64,000 nt of DNA from positions 1 to 64,000 of the forward strand of contig CAWFJJ010000021.1 in the NCBI GenBank assembly GCA_963816185.1, read 5' to 3'. The notes below the pieces were generated by a model. That model was not told the DNA's origin. It saw only the letters and a program-made list of their open reading frames with translations, and ran no database searches. Shown in pieces: positions 29,825 to 41,027 of this stretch. Position numbers and translations under genes: made by a program. Source of the stretch: Thermoanaerobaculia bacterium. Its GTDB lineage: Bacteria; Acidobacteriota; Thermoanaerobaculia; UBA5066. The stretch's first letter is position 1; every line of letters begins with the position of its first letter.

Positions 29825-30058
29825 ATGAGCGACGCGAAGATTCTCGTGAAGCGCAACGGCCCGCTGCTCGTGAGCGGGGAGATCAACCTCGTGGACGGAA
29901 CGGAGAAGGCGTTCGGCCTCGGCGGCCGTACGACGATCGCTCTTTGCCGGTGCGGCCACTCGGGGAGCAAGCCGTTCTGCGACGGGACGCACAACAAGAT
30001 CGGCTTCCAGTCGGACCCGCCGGCGTGCGAACTGCCGCCCCGGGCGCCGAAGCCCTAG
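29825..30058 (+). CDS. CDGSH iron-sulfur domain protein
   Basis: NGPLLV, LCRCGHSGSKPFCDGTH. Confidence 0.93.
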   Translation: MSDAKILVKRNGPLLVSGEINLVDGTEKAFGLGGRTTIALCRCGHSGSKPFCDGTHNKIGFQSDPPACELPPRAPKP

Positions 30059-30071
30059 GGCCCGACGCGCC

Positions 30072-30887
30072 TCAACCCTCGCGCAAGAGGTCTTCCGCGG
30101 TGAAGGTGCGGAACGCGCGCGTGACGGCGCGGGGCGAGAGCGGCTTTGCGCACGCGCGGGCCGCCGCGCGAAGGGCCATGCCGAGCGTCTGCCCCTTCGC
30201 GAGCGCTCCGAGGAGGTGGAATTCCTCCCGCGTCAGGTCCAGGCGGTAGACGGCGTAGCTCCGGCGGTGCAGTGCGGCCCACGTCGCGCGCGGGCGCGTT
30301 CGCGGGCGTCTTCCCGCTTTCAGAGCGTCGAGCGCGGCCCCCGCGGCGTGACGAAACGCCAGAAGGCGCAGCGTCGGGGGCGTCGCGAAGCGCCGCGACT
30401 CCCAGGTCTCGGCGACGTGCCGGAGAGGACGTGGCGGGCGTTCGGAGCCCTCCTCGTCGACCTCGAAGACCTCGGTCACCGCGCGCTCGAGGCGTGCGAG
30501 GTCGTAGAGGAAAGGCGCGGGGGAGAACCGGCGGGTCTCCCGGAGGAACTCGGGCACCTGGTCGCCGAGGCGCGCGAACGTGTAGCTGCGCGAGGGATGG
30601 ACGGCGACGTATGCGAGGACGAAACCGAAGAAGCGCTCGTGCCCGAGGAACGCCGCAAGGCCGGGGTAGTCGGCGGCGAGGGCGTCGTGCATGCGCAGGG
30701 GATACATCTCCTGATAGACCGCAAGCCGCTCGAGCGGCTGCATCGTCCTCGAGGGCAGGATCGCGCCTCGCGCCTCGGCGACCTTCATGTGGCGCGTCGC
30801 GGCACGGGATCGAACGGCCTCCTCGACGGCGAGAGGATGCACGATCACCGCTTGCATCCAGCGCTCGAGGCTCGGCAGCTCAGGCAT
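30072..30887 (-). CDS. DUF2063 / HvfC-BufC-type MNIO partner protein
   Basis: ERLAVYQEMYPLR..AL..DYP..LG..F...Y...HPSRS, DLARLE; overlaps the DUF692 stop. Confidence 0.85.
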   Translation of the reverse strand: MPELPSLERWMQAVIVHPLAVEEAVRSRAATRHMKVAEARGAILPSRTMQPLERLAVYQEMYPLRMHDALAADYPGLAAFLGHERFFGFVLAYVAVHPSRSYTFARLGDQVPEFLRETRRFSPAPFLYDLARLERAVTEVFEVDEEGSERPPRPLRHVAETWESRRFATPPTLRLLAFRHAAGAALDALKAGRRPRTRPRATWAALHRRSYAVYRLDLTREEFHLLGALAKGQTLGMALRAAARACAKPLSPRAVTRAFRTFTAEDLLREG

Positions 30888-31752
30888 GGGCGGCTCTCCG
30901 TGGAGCGTCGACCGCGGAAGCACGCGCGAAGGGCGGGCGATACCGGAAGGCCTTTCTTGCCTCGCCGTGGACGGTCGCAAAGTCCGGTATGTCCTCGTCC
31001 CATTCGTAGAGCGTGGCGCGCGGCCCCGTGCGGGCGATCGCGTGCGCGTAGAGCTTCCAGACGTCCTTCTTCATGCGTGCGCTGTGCGTGTCGAGGAGGT
31101 GCGTGCCCTTGTCGGTGTGCCCGGCGAGGTGGTACTGCACGACACGGTCCGCCGGTATTGCGTCGAGGTAGGCGACGGGATCGAAGCCGTGGTTCACGGA
31201 GCTCACGTAGACGTTGTTCACGTCGAGGAGCATCCCGCAGTCGGCGTCCTCCAGGAGGCGCGCGAAGAACGCGGCCTCGGACATCGTCGAGGAGCGGAAC
31301 TCCAGATAGGAAGACGGGTTCTCGAGGACGAGAGGCTGCTCGAGGACGTCGGAGGCCTGCTTCACGCGCGAGATGACGTGGCGCAACGTCTCCTCGTTGT
31401 AGGGCAGCGGGAGCAGGTCGTGTGTGTTGCGCCCCGAAACACCGGTGAAGCAGAGATGGTCCGACACCCACTTCGCGTTGACGCGTGCGGCGAGCGCCTT
31501 GACCTTCCTGAGGTAGCCGAGATCCAGAGGGTCGGTTCCCCCGATGGACATCGACACGCCGTGGAGGACGATCGGATAGCGCTCGGCGACGCGGTCGAGG
31601 ACGTGGCGCGGGCGCCCGCCCGTATCGAGGAAGTTCTCGGTGAGGGCCTCGAAGAAGTCCACCTCGGGCGCCTTCGACAGGACGTGGCCGAAGTGGACCG
31701 TGCGGAGCCCGACCCCCACGCCGAGGTCGGGCAGTCCGAACCGGTCTCCCAT
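30880..31752 (-). CDS. MNIO family (DUF692) multinuclear iron RiPP maturase
   Basis: GVGLR..H, FFEALTEN, HGVSMSIG, WVSDHLC, DLLPLP, LENPSSY, LLDVNNVYVSSVNH, HLAGH, DTH, EWD. Confidence 0.95.
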   Translation of the reverse strand: MGDRFGLPDLGVGVGLRTVHFGHVLSKAPEVDFFEALTENFLDTGGRPRHVLDRVAERYPIVLHGVSMSIGGTDPLDLGYLRKVKALAARVNAKWVSDHLCFTGVSGRNTHDLLPLPYNEETLRHVISRVKQASDVLEQPLVLENPSSYLEFRSSTMSEAAFFARLLEDADCGMLLDVNNVYVSSVNHGFDPVAYLDAIPADRVVQYHLAGHTDKGTHLLDTHSARMKKDVWKLYAHAIARTGPRATLYEWDEDIPDFATVHGEARKAFRYRPPFARASAVDAPRRAAHA

Positions 31753-31763
31753 GCGGAACGAGA

Positions 31764-32126
31764 TCAGGCGGCCTTCTTCTTGAGCGGAACCGCGCAGCCG
31801 CCCTTGCCCTTGCAGGCGTTCTGGCCGGCGCACTTGTGGTCCTTCGTCTTGCAGCCGCCCTGGCCCTTGCATTCGTTCTGGCCCGAACAGCTGTGTTTCA
31901 TGGACGCGGAGGCGCAGCCGCCCTTGCCCTTGCAGGCGTTCTGGCCGGCGCACGAGTTGTCCTTCGTGGCGCAGGCGCCCTGGCCCTTGCAGCCGTTCTT
32001 GCCGGCGCAAACGTGGTCCTTGCTCTTGTCCTTCTCGGCAGGCTTGTCGTCGGCGAGAAGGGCCTTGCCGGCGACGATGCCCGCGACCGCGGCTCCGAGG
32101 GTGCTGGCGAACTGACGACGATTCAT
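31764..32126 (-). CDS. Cys-rich exported RiPP precursor (bufferin BufA2-like) with four CxGxNxCKGxGxC repeats
   Basis: MNRRQF twin-arginine-type leader, 12 Cys in 4 repeats, AGGAGG RBS, directly upstream of DUF692. Confidence 0.88.
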   Translation of the reverse strand: MNRRQFASTLGAAVAGIVAGKALLADDKPAEKDKSKDHVCAGKNGCKGQGACATKDNSCAGQNACKGKGGCASASMKHSCSGQNECKGQGGCKTKDHKCAGQNACKGKGGCAVPLKKKAA

Positions 32127-32206
32127 GTCTGCCTCCTTTTAAGTCCCTGTGGTCTGTGGGGTTGACGCTTCAGATTGCCGACGAAGTGGGGCGTTCTGTA
32201 GGTGTA

Positions 32207-32237
32207 TGAGAACGAGATTATGTCTCAGGTTCAACCT
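32207..32237 (-). promoter_or_regulatory. Candidate operator/promoter of the RiPP operon
   Basis: TGAGA-N11-TCTCA inverted repeat (32207-32227) and adjacent AGGTTCAACCT palindrome in AT-rich intergenic DNA. Confidence 0.4.
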
Positions 32238-32307
32238 ATTTCGATACGGACGTCAAGGCCGTCCTGGATCAGCGGTCCGAGCACATGGATGCGGGAAAGG
32301 GCCGGTC

Positions 32308-34287
32308 CTATTCCCCTCCGTTGCGGACATTCCCGCCGACGGCGGTGCGCAGGAGCTCGGCGACGCTCCAGGCCTGGGCCACGCAGCCGCGCGGGCGGTG
32401 GGGTGCGTCGCCGTCGAAGAGCTCCGGGATCTGCCCGAGGCCTTCGCCGAGCAGGAAGTCCGCGAGCGGGGTGAGCAGCTCGCGCATCGCCTCGGCGGTC
32501 TTCGGCCCTTCCCCGTTCACGCGGCGGAAAGCCGCGGCATAGGCTCCGAGAAGCCACGGCCACGCCGTGCCCTGGTGATAGGCCGAATCCCGTTCCACGG
32601 GACCTCCTTCGTAGCGGCCGCGGTACGCCGGGTCACTCGGCGAGAGCGTGCGGAGCCCGTACGGCGTCAGGAGGTGCTCCTCGACGACCGCGAGGACGTG
32701 CCGTGCGAGGGACATGGGAACCATCGAGTGGTGCAGGCTCACGGCGAAGAGCTGGTTCGGGCGGATCGAGCGGTCGCGGATCGACTCACCGGGGCCGTCG
32801 ACGCAGTCGACGAGGCCTCCCCCCGATCCGAGGTCCTCGGGAAAGATTCTTAGAAAGGAGGATCGGCAGCTCTCCGCGCGTTCCGCATACCCATTCTCAG
32901 AAACTCTTTCTCCGATTTTCCCGGCGAAAGCCGCCATGGTCTTCAGCGCGTTGAACCACAGAGCCTGGATCTCGACTGGTTTGCCTTCGCGCGGCGTGAC
33001 AGGGCGGCCGTCGACCCGTGCGTCCATCCACGTCAGCGCCTCGCCTGCGGCGTGCCATTCAAGGAGAGAGTCCGCGCTCACCCGTATGCCGTAGCGGGTG
33101 CCGCGCTCGTGCCATGCGACGATGTCCGCGAGGACCGTGAAGAGGCGTTCGCGGACGAGCCCGAGGTCTCCCGTCGCCTCCACGTACTGCCTCACGGCCT
33201 CGAAGTACCAGAGTGTCGCGTCGATCGTGTTGTATTCGGGCTCCTCTCCCGCGTCCGGGAAACGGTTCGGCAGCATTCCCTGATCCACATGCTCCGAGAA
33301 CGCGAGGAGGATCTCCCGGGCGACCTCCGGCCGGCCGGTCGTCAGCGTGAGGCCCGGCAGCGCGATCATCGCGTCGCGGCCCCAGTCGGAGAACCACGGG
33401 TAGCCTGCGATCACCGTCGTGAGGTCTCCTCGCGCAACGAGGAACTGGTCGGCGGCGCGCGTGAGCGCGCGCACGACTGGGTCGCGTTTACCCCTCGCGG
33501 CGATCGTTTCGCGTCGGGAGGACTCGGATCTTCTTAGAAGGTGAATGTCGGACGCGGCGCGTGGGGAGACGGAAGCAACGAGGTTCGCGGTCCGGCGCGT
33601 CGTGGCGCCTCCGGAGACTTCTTCGAATGAATAGAAGAGGGTCGACGGATGCCACAGATCCTCGGTGAAGTCGAAGCCACGAGCCCTCTCCTCTTCATAC
33701 TCGAAGAATCTGTACCAGTCTCCCGCCTGCTTCGCCACGCCGTCGTGCGCGATGAAGACCTGGGGAAGACCTCTGTATGGAGCAATCCTGACGTTTCCCT
33801 CGGCGATCTCCACCGTCCGATCGAGATCGTCGTTCTCGCGTGTCAGCGCGTGGAAGTCGCGGAAGGCGACGAGCGGGCGCACCTCGAGGCCGATCGGCCC
33901 GACTTGACCGCCCCGCTCGAGAATCCGCCACGTCACGCACACGGTGTTCTCGCCGTGCGGCATGAAGACTTCCTTCTCGACTCCGACGCCGTCGGCCTCG
34001 AAGACCCATGTCGGAAACGGCTCGAGTCGGAAGTCCATCAGGAAGCGGAAGCCCTCGGGGTAAGTCGTGCCGGGGTAGCGATTCGTCGAAAGGTCGATGC
34101 GCCGGCCGCCCACGAGGAGCGTCTCCTCGACTTTCGACAGGAGCACGACGCGGCCGACGGGCGGTTTCGTGGCGGCCACGAGCAGGCCGTGATACCGGCG
34201 CGTGTTCTCGCCGGCGACGGTCGACATCGCGTAGCCGCCGAGGCCGTTCGTCTCGAGCCACTCGCGCCCGTCGGGCCCGGCAGTCAC
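32308..34287 (-). CDS. Glycogen debranching enzyme / amylo-alpha-1,6-glucosidase family
   Basis: [67 protein letters not shown]; GTGA overlap. Confidence 0.92.
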   Translation of the reverse strand: MTAGPDGREWLETNGLGGYAMSTVAGENTRRYHGLLVAATKPPVGRVVLLSKVEETLLVGGRRIDLSTNRYPGTTYPEGFRFLMDFRLEPFPTWVFEADGVGVEKEVFMPHGENTVCVTWRILERGGQVGPIGLEVRPLVAFRDFHALTRENDDLDRTVEIAEGNVRIAPYRGLPQVFIAHDGVAKQAGDWYRFFEYEEERARGFDFTEDLWHPSTLFYSFEEVSGGATTRRTANLVASVSPRAASDIHLLRRSESSRRETIAARGKRDPVVRALTRAADQFLVARGDLTTVIAGYPWFSDWGRDAMIALPGLTLTTGRPEVAREILLAFSEHVDQGMLPNRFPDAGEEPEYNTIDATLWYFEAVRQYVEATGDLGLVRERLFTVLADIVAWHERGTRYGIRVSADSLLEWHAAGEALTWMDARVDGRPVTPREGKPVEIQALWFNALKTMAAFAGKIGERVSENGYAERAESCRSSFLRIFPEDLGSGGGLVDCVDGPGESIRDRSIRPNQLFAVSLHHSMVPMSLARHVLAVVEEHLLTPYGLRTLSPSDPAYRGRYEGGPVERDSAYHQGTAWPWLLGAYAAAFRRVNGEGPKTAEAMRELLTPLADFLLGEGLGQIPELFDGDAPHRPRGCVAQAWSVAELLRTAVGGNVRNGGE

Positions 34288-36938
34288 TCGCCGCTCTGCT
34301 GAATGAGCTTCGCGACGAGGCCCGTCCAGCCGGTCTGGTGGCTCGCGCCGATCCCGGCGCCGATGTCGCCGTGGAAGTACTCGTAGAAGAGGACGTACTC
34401 GCGCCAGTGAGGGTCGGTCTGGAACGTCTCGGCACCTCCGTAGACCGGCCGCCGGCCGTTCTCGTCCTTGAGGAAGATGCGCGTGAGGCGGCGTGAGAGC
34501 TCGCCCGCGACGTCCCACAGCGAAGATCTTTCTCCCGAGCGCGCTGGGAACTCGACCCGGAACGAGTCGCCCAGGAAGTGGTGGAACTTCTGGAGCGACT
34601 CGATGATGAGGTAGTTCACGGGGAACCAGACCGGCCCGCGCCAGTTCGAATTGCCGCCGAAGAGGCCGGTCGACGACTCGGCCGGCTCGTAATCCACGCG
34701 GTGCTCCATGCCCATGACGTCGATCACGTACGGATGCTCCTTGTGGAAGCGCGAGAGGGCACGGATGCCGTAGTCGGAGAGGAATTCTCCGGGGTCGAGG
34801 AGGTACGTCAAGACCGAGCGCAGCCGGTCCCGGTTCACGAGTGAGAGGAAGCGGCGCGGGCCGTCGTCCGTCGACACCGTCTCGACGTGCCTCGCGAAGT
34901 CGGGCCGGTTGTCGATGAACCACTGCATCCGCCGCTTGAAGCCCGGCAACCGGTCCACGACCTCGGCTTCCAGCGTCTCCACCGCGAAGAGCGGGATGAG
35001 GCCCACCATCGAACGGATACGTATCGGGAGACGGCCGCCGCCGGGAAGGTGCAGGACGTCGTAATAGAAGCCGTCCTGCTTGTCCCACAGCTCGATGCCT
35101 TCGCCGCCGAGGTCGTTCATGGCGCGCGCGATGTAGACGAAGTGCTCGAAGAATTTGGACGCGACGTCTTCGTAGGCCGAGTCCTCGCGCGACAGCTCGA
35201 GGGCGATCGCGAGCATGTTCAGGCAGTACATGCCCATCCAGCTCGTACCGTCCGACTGCTCGAGGTGGCCGCCGGTGGGCAGAGGAGCGCTGCGGTCGAA
35301 GACGCCGATGTTGTCCAGGCCGAGGAAGCCGCCCTGGAAGACGTTCCGGCCCTCTTCGTCCTTGCGGTTCACCCACCAGGTGAAGTTCAGGAGCAGCTTG
35401 TGGAACACGCGTTCGAGGAAATTGCGGTCCGGCTTGCCGGAGCGTTTCGCGTCGATCTTGTAGACGCGCCACGCGGCCCACGCGTGGACGGGCGGGTTCA
35501 CGTCGCTGAACTTCCACTCGTACGCGGGAAGCTGCCCGTTCGGGTGCATGTACCACTCGCGCAGGAGGAGGATGAGCTGCTGCTTCGCGAAGTCTCCGTC
35601 CACGAGCGCGAGCGGCACCGTGTGGAACGCGAGGTCCCACGCGGCGTACCACGGGTACTCCCACTTGTCCGGCATCGAGATGACGTCGGCGTTGTAGAGA
35701 TGCCCCCATTCGGCGTTCCGGCCGTGTTTCCTCTCCGGCGGAGGCACCGGTTGATCGGGATCGCCTTTGAGCCAGCGCGCGATCTCGAGGCCGTAATACT
35801 GCTTGCTCCACAGGAGGCCGCCGAACGACTGGCGCATGACGCTCTTCGCGTCGTCCGAGACGTCGTCCGGGATCACGTTCGCGTAGAAGGCGTCCGCTTC
35901 CGCGCGGCGCACGGCCAGAATGGCGTCGAAACCGGGGTCGAACGGCTCGGGCGGATTCGCGTCCGTCAGGCGCAGCCGGATCTTCTTCGAGCCGCCTGCC
36001 GGAACGTCGAGCCGGTACCACGCCGCCACTTTCGTGCCGAAAGCCGCGGGATTCACCGCCTCCTTGACGCCGTGAACGACGCGTTCGTGGAACGCGTCTT
36101 TCACGAACGGCCCGTCGTTCTCGGTGCCGAAGAGGCGCCGGTTGTTCGTCTCGTTCTCGGTGAAGAGAAGCTCCGGCGCGTCCTCGGCATACAGCATGCG
36201 GTCGCCGTAAGCGGGGTGCGCGATCGCGACCGCCGCAGCGCCCGCCGGCCCCTCGGCTTTGCGAGCGCGCGGCTTTCGCGCGTCGAGGCCCCACGACCAC
36301 GTGTTGCGGAACCAGAGCGTCGGAAGCAGGTGGAGCGGCGCCGTCTCGGGGCCGCGATTGAAGGCCTCGATCTCGACGAGGATGTCCTCGGGCGAAGCCT
36401 TCGCATACGTCACGAAGACGTCGAAGTAGCGGCTCTCGCGGAAGGCGCCGGTGTCGAGGAGCTCGTATTCCAGCTCCCGCCTGCCGCGCCGGCGGTTCTC
36501 CGCGCGCAGCTCTGAATAGGGAAACTCGGCCTGCGGATACTTGTACAGCATCCGCATGTACGAGTGCGTCGGCGTGGAGTCGAGATAGAAGTAGTACTCC
36601 TTCACGTCCTCGCCGTGGTTTCCCTCGGAGCCGTTGAGGCCGAAGAGGCGCTCCTTCAGGTACGGGTCCACTCCGTTCCAAAGGGCGAGCGCGAAGCAGA
36701 GGCTCGCGTGTCGGTCGGAGATGCCGGCGATGCCGTCCTCTCCCCAGCGATACGCGCGCGAGCGCGCCATGTCGTGCGGGAGGTAATCCCAGGCCGAGCC
36801 GTCGGGGCTGTAGTCCTCGCGGACGGTGCCCCACTGTCGCTCGGAGAGATACGGCCCCCACCGCTTCCAGTTCTTCTTGCGGACGCGGTCTTCCGCGAGG
36901 CGGAGCGACTCCGGATCCGGCGCTTTCGACTCGGTCAT
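34284..36938 (-). CDS. MGH1-like / GH63 glycoside hydrolase
   Basis: [64 protein letters not shown]. Confidence 0.92.
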   Translation of the reverse strand: MTESKAPDPESLRLAEDRVRKKNWKRWGPYLSERQWGTVREDYSPDGSAWDYLPHDMARSRAYRWGEDGIAGISDRHASLCFALALWNGVDPYLKERLFGLNGSEGNHGEDVKEYYFYLDSTPTHSYMRMLYKYPQAEFPYSELRAENRRRGRRELEYELLDTGAFRESRYFDVFVTYAKASPEDILVEIEAFNRGPETAPLHLLPTLWFRNTWSWGLDARKPRARKAEGPAGAAAVAIAHPAYGDRMLYAEDAPELLFTENETNNRRLFGTENDGPFVKDAFHERVVHGVKEAVNPAAFGTKVAAWYRLDVPAGGSKKIRLRLTDANPPEPFDPGFDAILAVRRAEADAFYANVIPDDVSDDAKSVMRQSFGGLLWSKQYYGLEIARWLKGDPDQPVPPPERKHGRNAEWGHLYNADVISMPDKWEYPWYAAWDLAFHTVPLALVDGDFAKQQLILLLREWYMHPNGQLPAYEWKFSDVNPPVHAWAAWRVYKIDAKRSGKPDRNFLERVFHKLLLNFTWWVNRKDEEGRNVFQGGFLGLDNIGVFDRSAPLPTGGHLEQSDGTSWMGMYCLNMLAIALELSREDSAYEDVASKFFEHFVYIARAMNDLGGEGIELWDKQDGFYYDVLHLPGGGRLPIRIRSMVGLIPLFAVETLEAEVVDRLPGFKRRMQWFIDNRPDFARHVETVSTDDGPRRFLSLVNRDRLRSVLTYLLDPGEFLSDYGIRALSRFHKEHPYVIDVMGMEHRVDYEPAESSTGLFGGNSNWRGPVWFPVNYLIIESLQKFHHFLGDSFRVEFPARSGERSSLWDVAGELSRRLTRIFLKDENGRRPVYGGAETFQTDPHWREYVLFYEYFHGDIGAGIGASHQTGWTGLVAKLIQQSGE

Positions 36939-36950
36939 GACCTCAAAATC

Positions 36951-37685
36951 TTATCGCCGCGGCCCGCGCGAGACGACCCTGAGGAACGCCTCGAGGTGAG
37001 TGTCGGCCGGACGCGCGCGCAGCTCGGCTGGCGTGCCAGCCTGCGCGACCTTCCCGTCGAGAAGTACCACGAGGTGCTCGGCCAGGGCGAACGCTTCCGG
37101 CTGGTCGTGCGTGACGAGGAGAGTGGTCAACCCGGTCTCGTCGTGAAGCCTCAGCAGCCACTCGCCGAGCTCGAGCCGGACGAGCGCGTCGAGGGCGCCG
37201 AACGGCTCGTCGAGGAGGAGGACGCGCGGATTCACCGCGAGCGCGCGGGCGAAGGCCACCCGCTGTCGCTGGCCGCCGGATAGCTCCGACGGGCGGCGGT
37301 CTCCGAAGCCGTCGAGCTGAACGCGGTGGAGGAGCTCGTCCGCCCGCTCTCCCGCCTCTTGGCGCGGAACGTGCCTCACGCGCAGGCCGAAGACCACGTT
37401 CTCTCGCACGGAGAGGTGTCCGAACAGCGCATAGCCCTGGAACACGAAGCCGACTCCCCGCTTTTGGACCGGCACGTCCGTCACGTCCTCGCCGTGAAGG
37501 AGAACTCGGCCCGCATCCGGCTCCTCGAGCCCCGCGATCAGCCGGAGCACCGTCGACTTCCCGGCTCCGGACGGACCCAGGATCCCCGTGATCGAGCCTG
37601 TGGGTGCGGTGAACGACACGCCCCCGACGGCCGGAGGCCCGTCGGGGGTGAAGCGGCGCCTGAGATCCTTCACGACGACGCTCAT
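36951..37685 (-). CDS. cysA: Sulfate ABC transporter ATPase (short, no C-terminal TOBE)
   Basis: [51 protein letters not shown]. Confidence 0.88.
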   Translation of the reverse strand: MSVVVKDLRRRFTPDGPPAVGGVSFTAPTGSITGILGPSGAGKSTVLRLIAGLEEPDAGRVLLHGEDVTDVPVQKRGVGFVFQGYALFGHLSVRENVVFGLRVRHVPRQEAGERADELLHRVQLDGFGDRRPSELSGGQRQRVAFARALAVNPRVLLLDEPFGALDALVRLELGEWLLRLHDETGLTTLLVTHDQPEAFALAEHLVVLLDGKVAQAGTPAELRARPADTHLEAFLRVVSRGPRR

Positions 37686-39355
37686 GCCGCCCTCACCCGC
37701 GTTTCCTCGAGCTTCCGAGCCGCGAGCGTGACGACGGCGAGGAAGGTGAGAAGCGATGCGACCGCGAACGCGCCCGTGAAGTCGTACTCGTTGTAGAGGA
37801 TCTCCACGTGGAGGGGCAACGTGTTCGTCACGCCGCGAATGTGTCCGGACACGACTGAGACGGCGCCGAACTCTCCCATCGCGCGCGCGTTGCACAGAAC
37901 GGCGCCGTAGAGAAGCCCCCAGCGCGCCTTCGGGAGCGTCACGCGAAAGAACGTCTGCCAGCCGCTGGCTCCGAGCGTGAGCGCGGCCTCCTCCTCTTCG
38001 TTGCCCTGCGCCTCGAGCACCGCGAGCACCTCGCGCGCCACGAACGGAAATGTGACGAAGACCGTGGCGAGGACGATGCCCGGGACGGCAAAGATGATCT
38101 TCCAGTCGTGTGACGCGAGAAAGGGTCCGAGGAATCCCTGGCGCCCGAACAGCAGGACGAAGACGAGACCGGCGATGACCGGAGAGACCGCGAACGGGAG
38201 GTCGATGAGGGAGACGAGGAGGCCTTTTCCGCGGAATCGGAACTTCGCGACGAGCCACGCGGCGACCACCCCGAAGACGAGGTGCAGCGGCACCGCGATC
38301 GCGGCCGTGAGGAGAGTGAGCCGGATCGCGGCGAGGGCGGCGGGCTGTGTAATCGCCGCGAGGTAGCCCGCCGGCCCTTTCGCGAGCGCCTGCACGAAGA
38401 CGGCCGCGAGCGGCACGAAGAGGAAGAGCGCGAGAAAGAGAAACGCAGCCGACAGGAGGCCTCGCCGGAGAAGCGGCGCGTCCGCGAGCGCGGGGGCGAG
38501 CCGGAAGCCGCGCCCGATCACGGTGGACGCGCCGGCTCGACGCCGCGTCCAGCGCTGCAGGGCGTTGGTCGTGAACACGAGGACGAAGGACGTCACGAGG
38601 AGGACGAGCGCGATCGCCGTGGCGCCGTCCGTGTCGTACTGCTCGAGCTTCGTGACGATGAGAAGCGGGGCGATTTCCGTGCGAAAGGGCATGTTGCCCG
38701 ACACGAACACGATCGAGCCGTACTCGCCGAGCGCCCGCGCGAAGGCGAGCGTGAACCCCGTCAGGAGCGGCGGGAGAACGTTCGGGAAAACGATGCGCAC
38801 GAACGTTTGCAGCCGCGAGGCGCCGAGAACGGCCGCCGCCTCTTCCAGCTCCGCGTCGAGATCCTCGAGGACGGGCTGGACCGTCCGGACGACGAAGGGG
38901 AGACCGACGAACGTGAGCGCGAGGATGACGCCGGCGGGCGTGAAGGCCACCTTCAGGCCGAGCGGCTCGAGGAAGCGTCCGAGCCAGCCGTGGCTGGAGT
39001 AAAGGGCCGTGAGCGTAAGGCCGGCGACGGCCGTGGGGAGCGCGAAGGGAAGATCCACGATCGCGTCGACGAAGGAGCGCCCCGGAAAGGGGTATCGGGC
39101 GAGCACCCAGGCGAGGAGGAGGCCGAAGACTGCGTTGAGAAGCGCGGCGGCGAGCGCCGCTCCGAAGCTCAGGCGGTAAGCCGCCAACGCGCGCGGCGCC
39201 GTCACGATGCGGAGGAACTCCGCCGAGGAGAGGCCAGCCGTCTTCACGAAAAGGGCGGCGAGCGGCACGAGGACGAGGAGGCCGACGTAGAAAAGGGTCA
39301 CGCCGAGAGCCGGTCCGAACCCGGGCAGCACTCCGTGCCGGCGGGCGCTTCTCAT
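37682..39355 (-). CDS. Sulfate ABC permease, CysT and CysW in one reading frame
   Basis: CysT half [21 protein letters not shown]; CysW half [32 protein letters not shown]. Confidence 0.85.
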   Translation of the reverse strand: MRSARRHGVLPGFGPALGVTLFYVGLLVLVPLAALFVKTAGLSSAEFLRIVTAPRALAAYRLSFGAALAAALLNAVFGLLLAWVLARYPFPGRSFVDAIVDLPFALPTAVAGLTLTALYSSHGWLGRFLEPLGLKVAFTPAGVILALTFVGLPFVVRTVQPVLEDLDAELEEAAAVLGASRLQTFVRIVFPNVLPPLLTGFTLAFARALGEYGSIVFVSGNMPFRTEIAPLLIVTKLEQYDTDGATAIALVLLVTSFVLVFTTNALQRWTRRRAGASTVIGRGFRLAPALADAPLLRRGLLSAAFLFLALFLFVPLAAVFVQALAKGPAGYLAAITQPAALAAIRLTLLTAAIAVPLHLVFGVVAAWLVAKFRFRGKGLLVSLIDLPFAVSPVIAGLVFVLLFGRQGFLGPFLASHDWKIIFAVPGIVLATVFVTFPFVAREVLAVLEAQGNEEEEAALTLGASGWQTFFRVTLPKARWGLLYGAVLCNARAMGEFGAVSVVSGHIRGVTNTLPLHVEILYNEYDFTGAFAVASLLTFLAVVTLAARKLEETRVRAA

Positions 39356-40473
39356 CGGCCGGGCTGGTAGAGCTGGTCGAACGTGCCGTCGTCGTCGAAG
39401 TGGATCTTCTGGGCCCGGCCCCATCCGCCAAACACGTCATCGATCGTGAAAAGGGAGACTTTCGAGAAGTCGCCGGCGCGGGCGGCGGCAACCTTCGCAC
39501 TCCCCGGCCGGAAGTGATGCTTCGCGGCGATTGCCTGCGCCTCGTCCGTGTAAAGGAACTCGAGGTAGGCCTGCGCCGCGGCGCGCGTGGCGTGCTTGTC
39601 GGCGTTCCGGTCCACGAGGGCGACGGGCGGCTCGGCGAGGATGCTCACGGACGGGACGACGATCTCGAAACGCCCCTTGCCGACATCGTTCGTCAAGAGG
39701 AGCGCCTCGTTCTCCCAGGCGATGAGGACGTCGCCGAGGCCGCGCTCGGCGAATGTCGTCGTGGAACCACGAGCGCCCGCGTCGAGAACGGAGACGTTCC
39801 GGAAAAGAGCGAAGAGGAAGTCGCGCGCCGTCCTTTCGCTTCCGCCGGTTCGCTTCATCGCGTACCCCCAGGCCGCGAGGTAATTCCATCGCGCGCCGCC
39901 GGAGGTCTTCGGATTCGGCGTGATGACCGCAATCCCGGGCTTCGCGAGATCTTCCCAATCCCGGATCTTCTTCGGGTTCCCCGAGCGGACGACGAAGACG
40001 ATCGTGGAAGTGAAGGGGGCGCTGTTCCTCGGAAGGCGCGCCTGCCATGTCTTCGGCAGGAGGCCCGACCGCGACGCGATCGCGTCGATGTCTCCCGAGA
40101 GCGCGAGGGTCACGACGTCGGCCTCGAGGCCGTCGATGACGGAACGAGCCTGCTTGCCCGACCCGCCATGCGACTGGTTGATCGTGACCTTCTGGCCGGT
40201 CCTGGCGGACCAGGCCTTCGCGAACGCGGCGTTGATCTCCTCGTACAGCTCGCGCGTCGGGTCGTACGAGACGTTCAGGAGAGTCGCGGCAGGTGACGCG
40301 GCGAGTAGGGAATACGAACGCACCGAGGACGAAGACCAAGAGGAATGGAAGATTTCTGCGAATGAAAGAACAGCGAGGGTGGCCAGAGCGCCAAGGAAGA
40401 CGTGGCGGCGCTGGCCGCGAGACCAGACCCGAGGCAAGCCGTGAATTTGGAGGAAACGAACGAACGTCGCCAT
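39352..40473 (-). CDS. sbp: Sulfate-binding periplasmic protein
   Basis: [48 protein letters not shown]. Confidence 0.93.
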   Translation of the reverse strand: MATFVRFLQIHGLPRVWSRGQRRHVFLGALATLAVLSFAEIFHSSWSSSSVRSYSLLAASPAATLLNVSYDPTRELYEEINAAFAKAWSARTGQKVTINQSHGGSGKQARSVIDGLEADVVTLALSGDIDAIASRSGLLPKTWQARLPRNSAPFTSTIVFVVRSGNPKKIRDWEDLAKPGIAVITPNPKTSGGARWNYLAAWGYAMKRTGGSERTARDFLFALFRNVSVLDAGARGSTTTFAERGLGDVLIAWENEALLLTNDVGKGRFEIVVPSVSILAEPPVALVDRNADKHATRAAAQAYLEFLYTDEAQAIAAKHHFRPGSAKVAAARAGDFSKVSLFTIDDVFGGWGRAQKIHFDDDGTFDQLYQPGR

Positions 40474-40527
40474 GGCCTATTACCTTCTGAGAAATCTTTC
40501 TCTCTCTGTTCTTCGTTCTTATATTAT

Positions 40528-40552
40528 TTACCCCACTGAGTTAGTCAAGTAT
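40528..40552 (-). promoter_or_regulatory. Rrf2 (IscR type-1-like) operator overlapping the sbp promoter
   Basis: ATACTTGACTAACTCAGTGGGGTAA resembles ATASYYGACTRwwwYAGTCRRSTAT; contains TTGACT -35; lies between sbp and the divergent Rrf2 gene. Confidence 0.7.
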
Positions 40553-40574
40553 TATTGACGGAGGGAAATCAGCC

Positions 40575-40976
40575 ATGAAGCTCACCCGGCGAAGCGAGTA
40601 CGCGCTCCTCGCGCTCGTTCACCTTGCGCGCGTCGAGGGGAAGGGTTACGTCGGCGTCGCCGCGATGGCCGAGGCGCAGGATCTGCCCGCGAGATTCCTC
40701 GAGCAGCTCCTGATGGCGCTCAAGCACGCGCGGCTCGTGCAGAGCCAGAAGGGGCCGCACGGCGGATACCGGCTCGCTCGGCCGGCCGGCGAGATTTCGC
40801 TTGCCGAGGTCATCCGCCTTCTGGACGGCGCCCTCGCGCCGACCGAATCCGTGAGCACGTACTTTTACGAGCCGACGCCCGTGGAGAGGGAGAAGAGGCT
40901 CCTCCGCGTCTTCAAGGAGATCCGCGACCTCGTTTCGGCCCGGCTGGAAAAGACGACCCTCGCCGACGTGCGCTGA
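40575..40976 (+). CDS. Rrf2 family regulator, cysteine-free (CymR-like)
   Basis: SEYALLAL, FLEQLL, SQKGPHGGYRLARPA..ISLAEVIR. Confidence 0.92.
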   Translation: MKLTRRSEYALLALVHLARVEGKGYVGVAAMAEAQDLPARFLEQLLMALKHARLVQSQKGPHGGYRLARPAGEISLAEVIRLLDGALAPTESVSTYFYEPTPVEREKRLLRVFKEIRDLVSARLEKTTLADVR

Positions 40977-40992
40977 AGGATTTGCGTGGGCC

Positions 40993-41021
40993 TTGACATT
41001 GTACTAGTTGACTAGTATATT
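40993..41021 (+). promoter_or_regulatory. Sigma70 promoter with overlapping YtrA-type palindromic operator
   Basis: TTGACA-N17-TATATT; TGTACTAGTTGACTAGTATA at 41000-41019. Confidence 0.8.
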
Positions 41022-41027
41022 AACGGC

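Noticed and set aside
31790-32010. Regularly spaced repeats suggesting CRISPR
   Set aside because: Coding repeats of the Cys-rich precursor; no unique spacers or cas genes.
34288-36861. 1517-aa giant debranching enzyme
   Set aside because: The N-terminal part is an off-frame overlap of the GH63 gene; the real start is GTG 34287.
37686-39500. 849-aa CysA
   Set aside because: Off-frame overlap with the permease gene; the real start is 37685.
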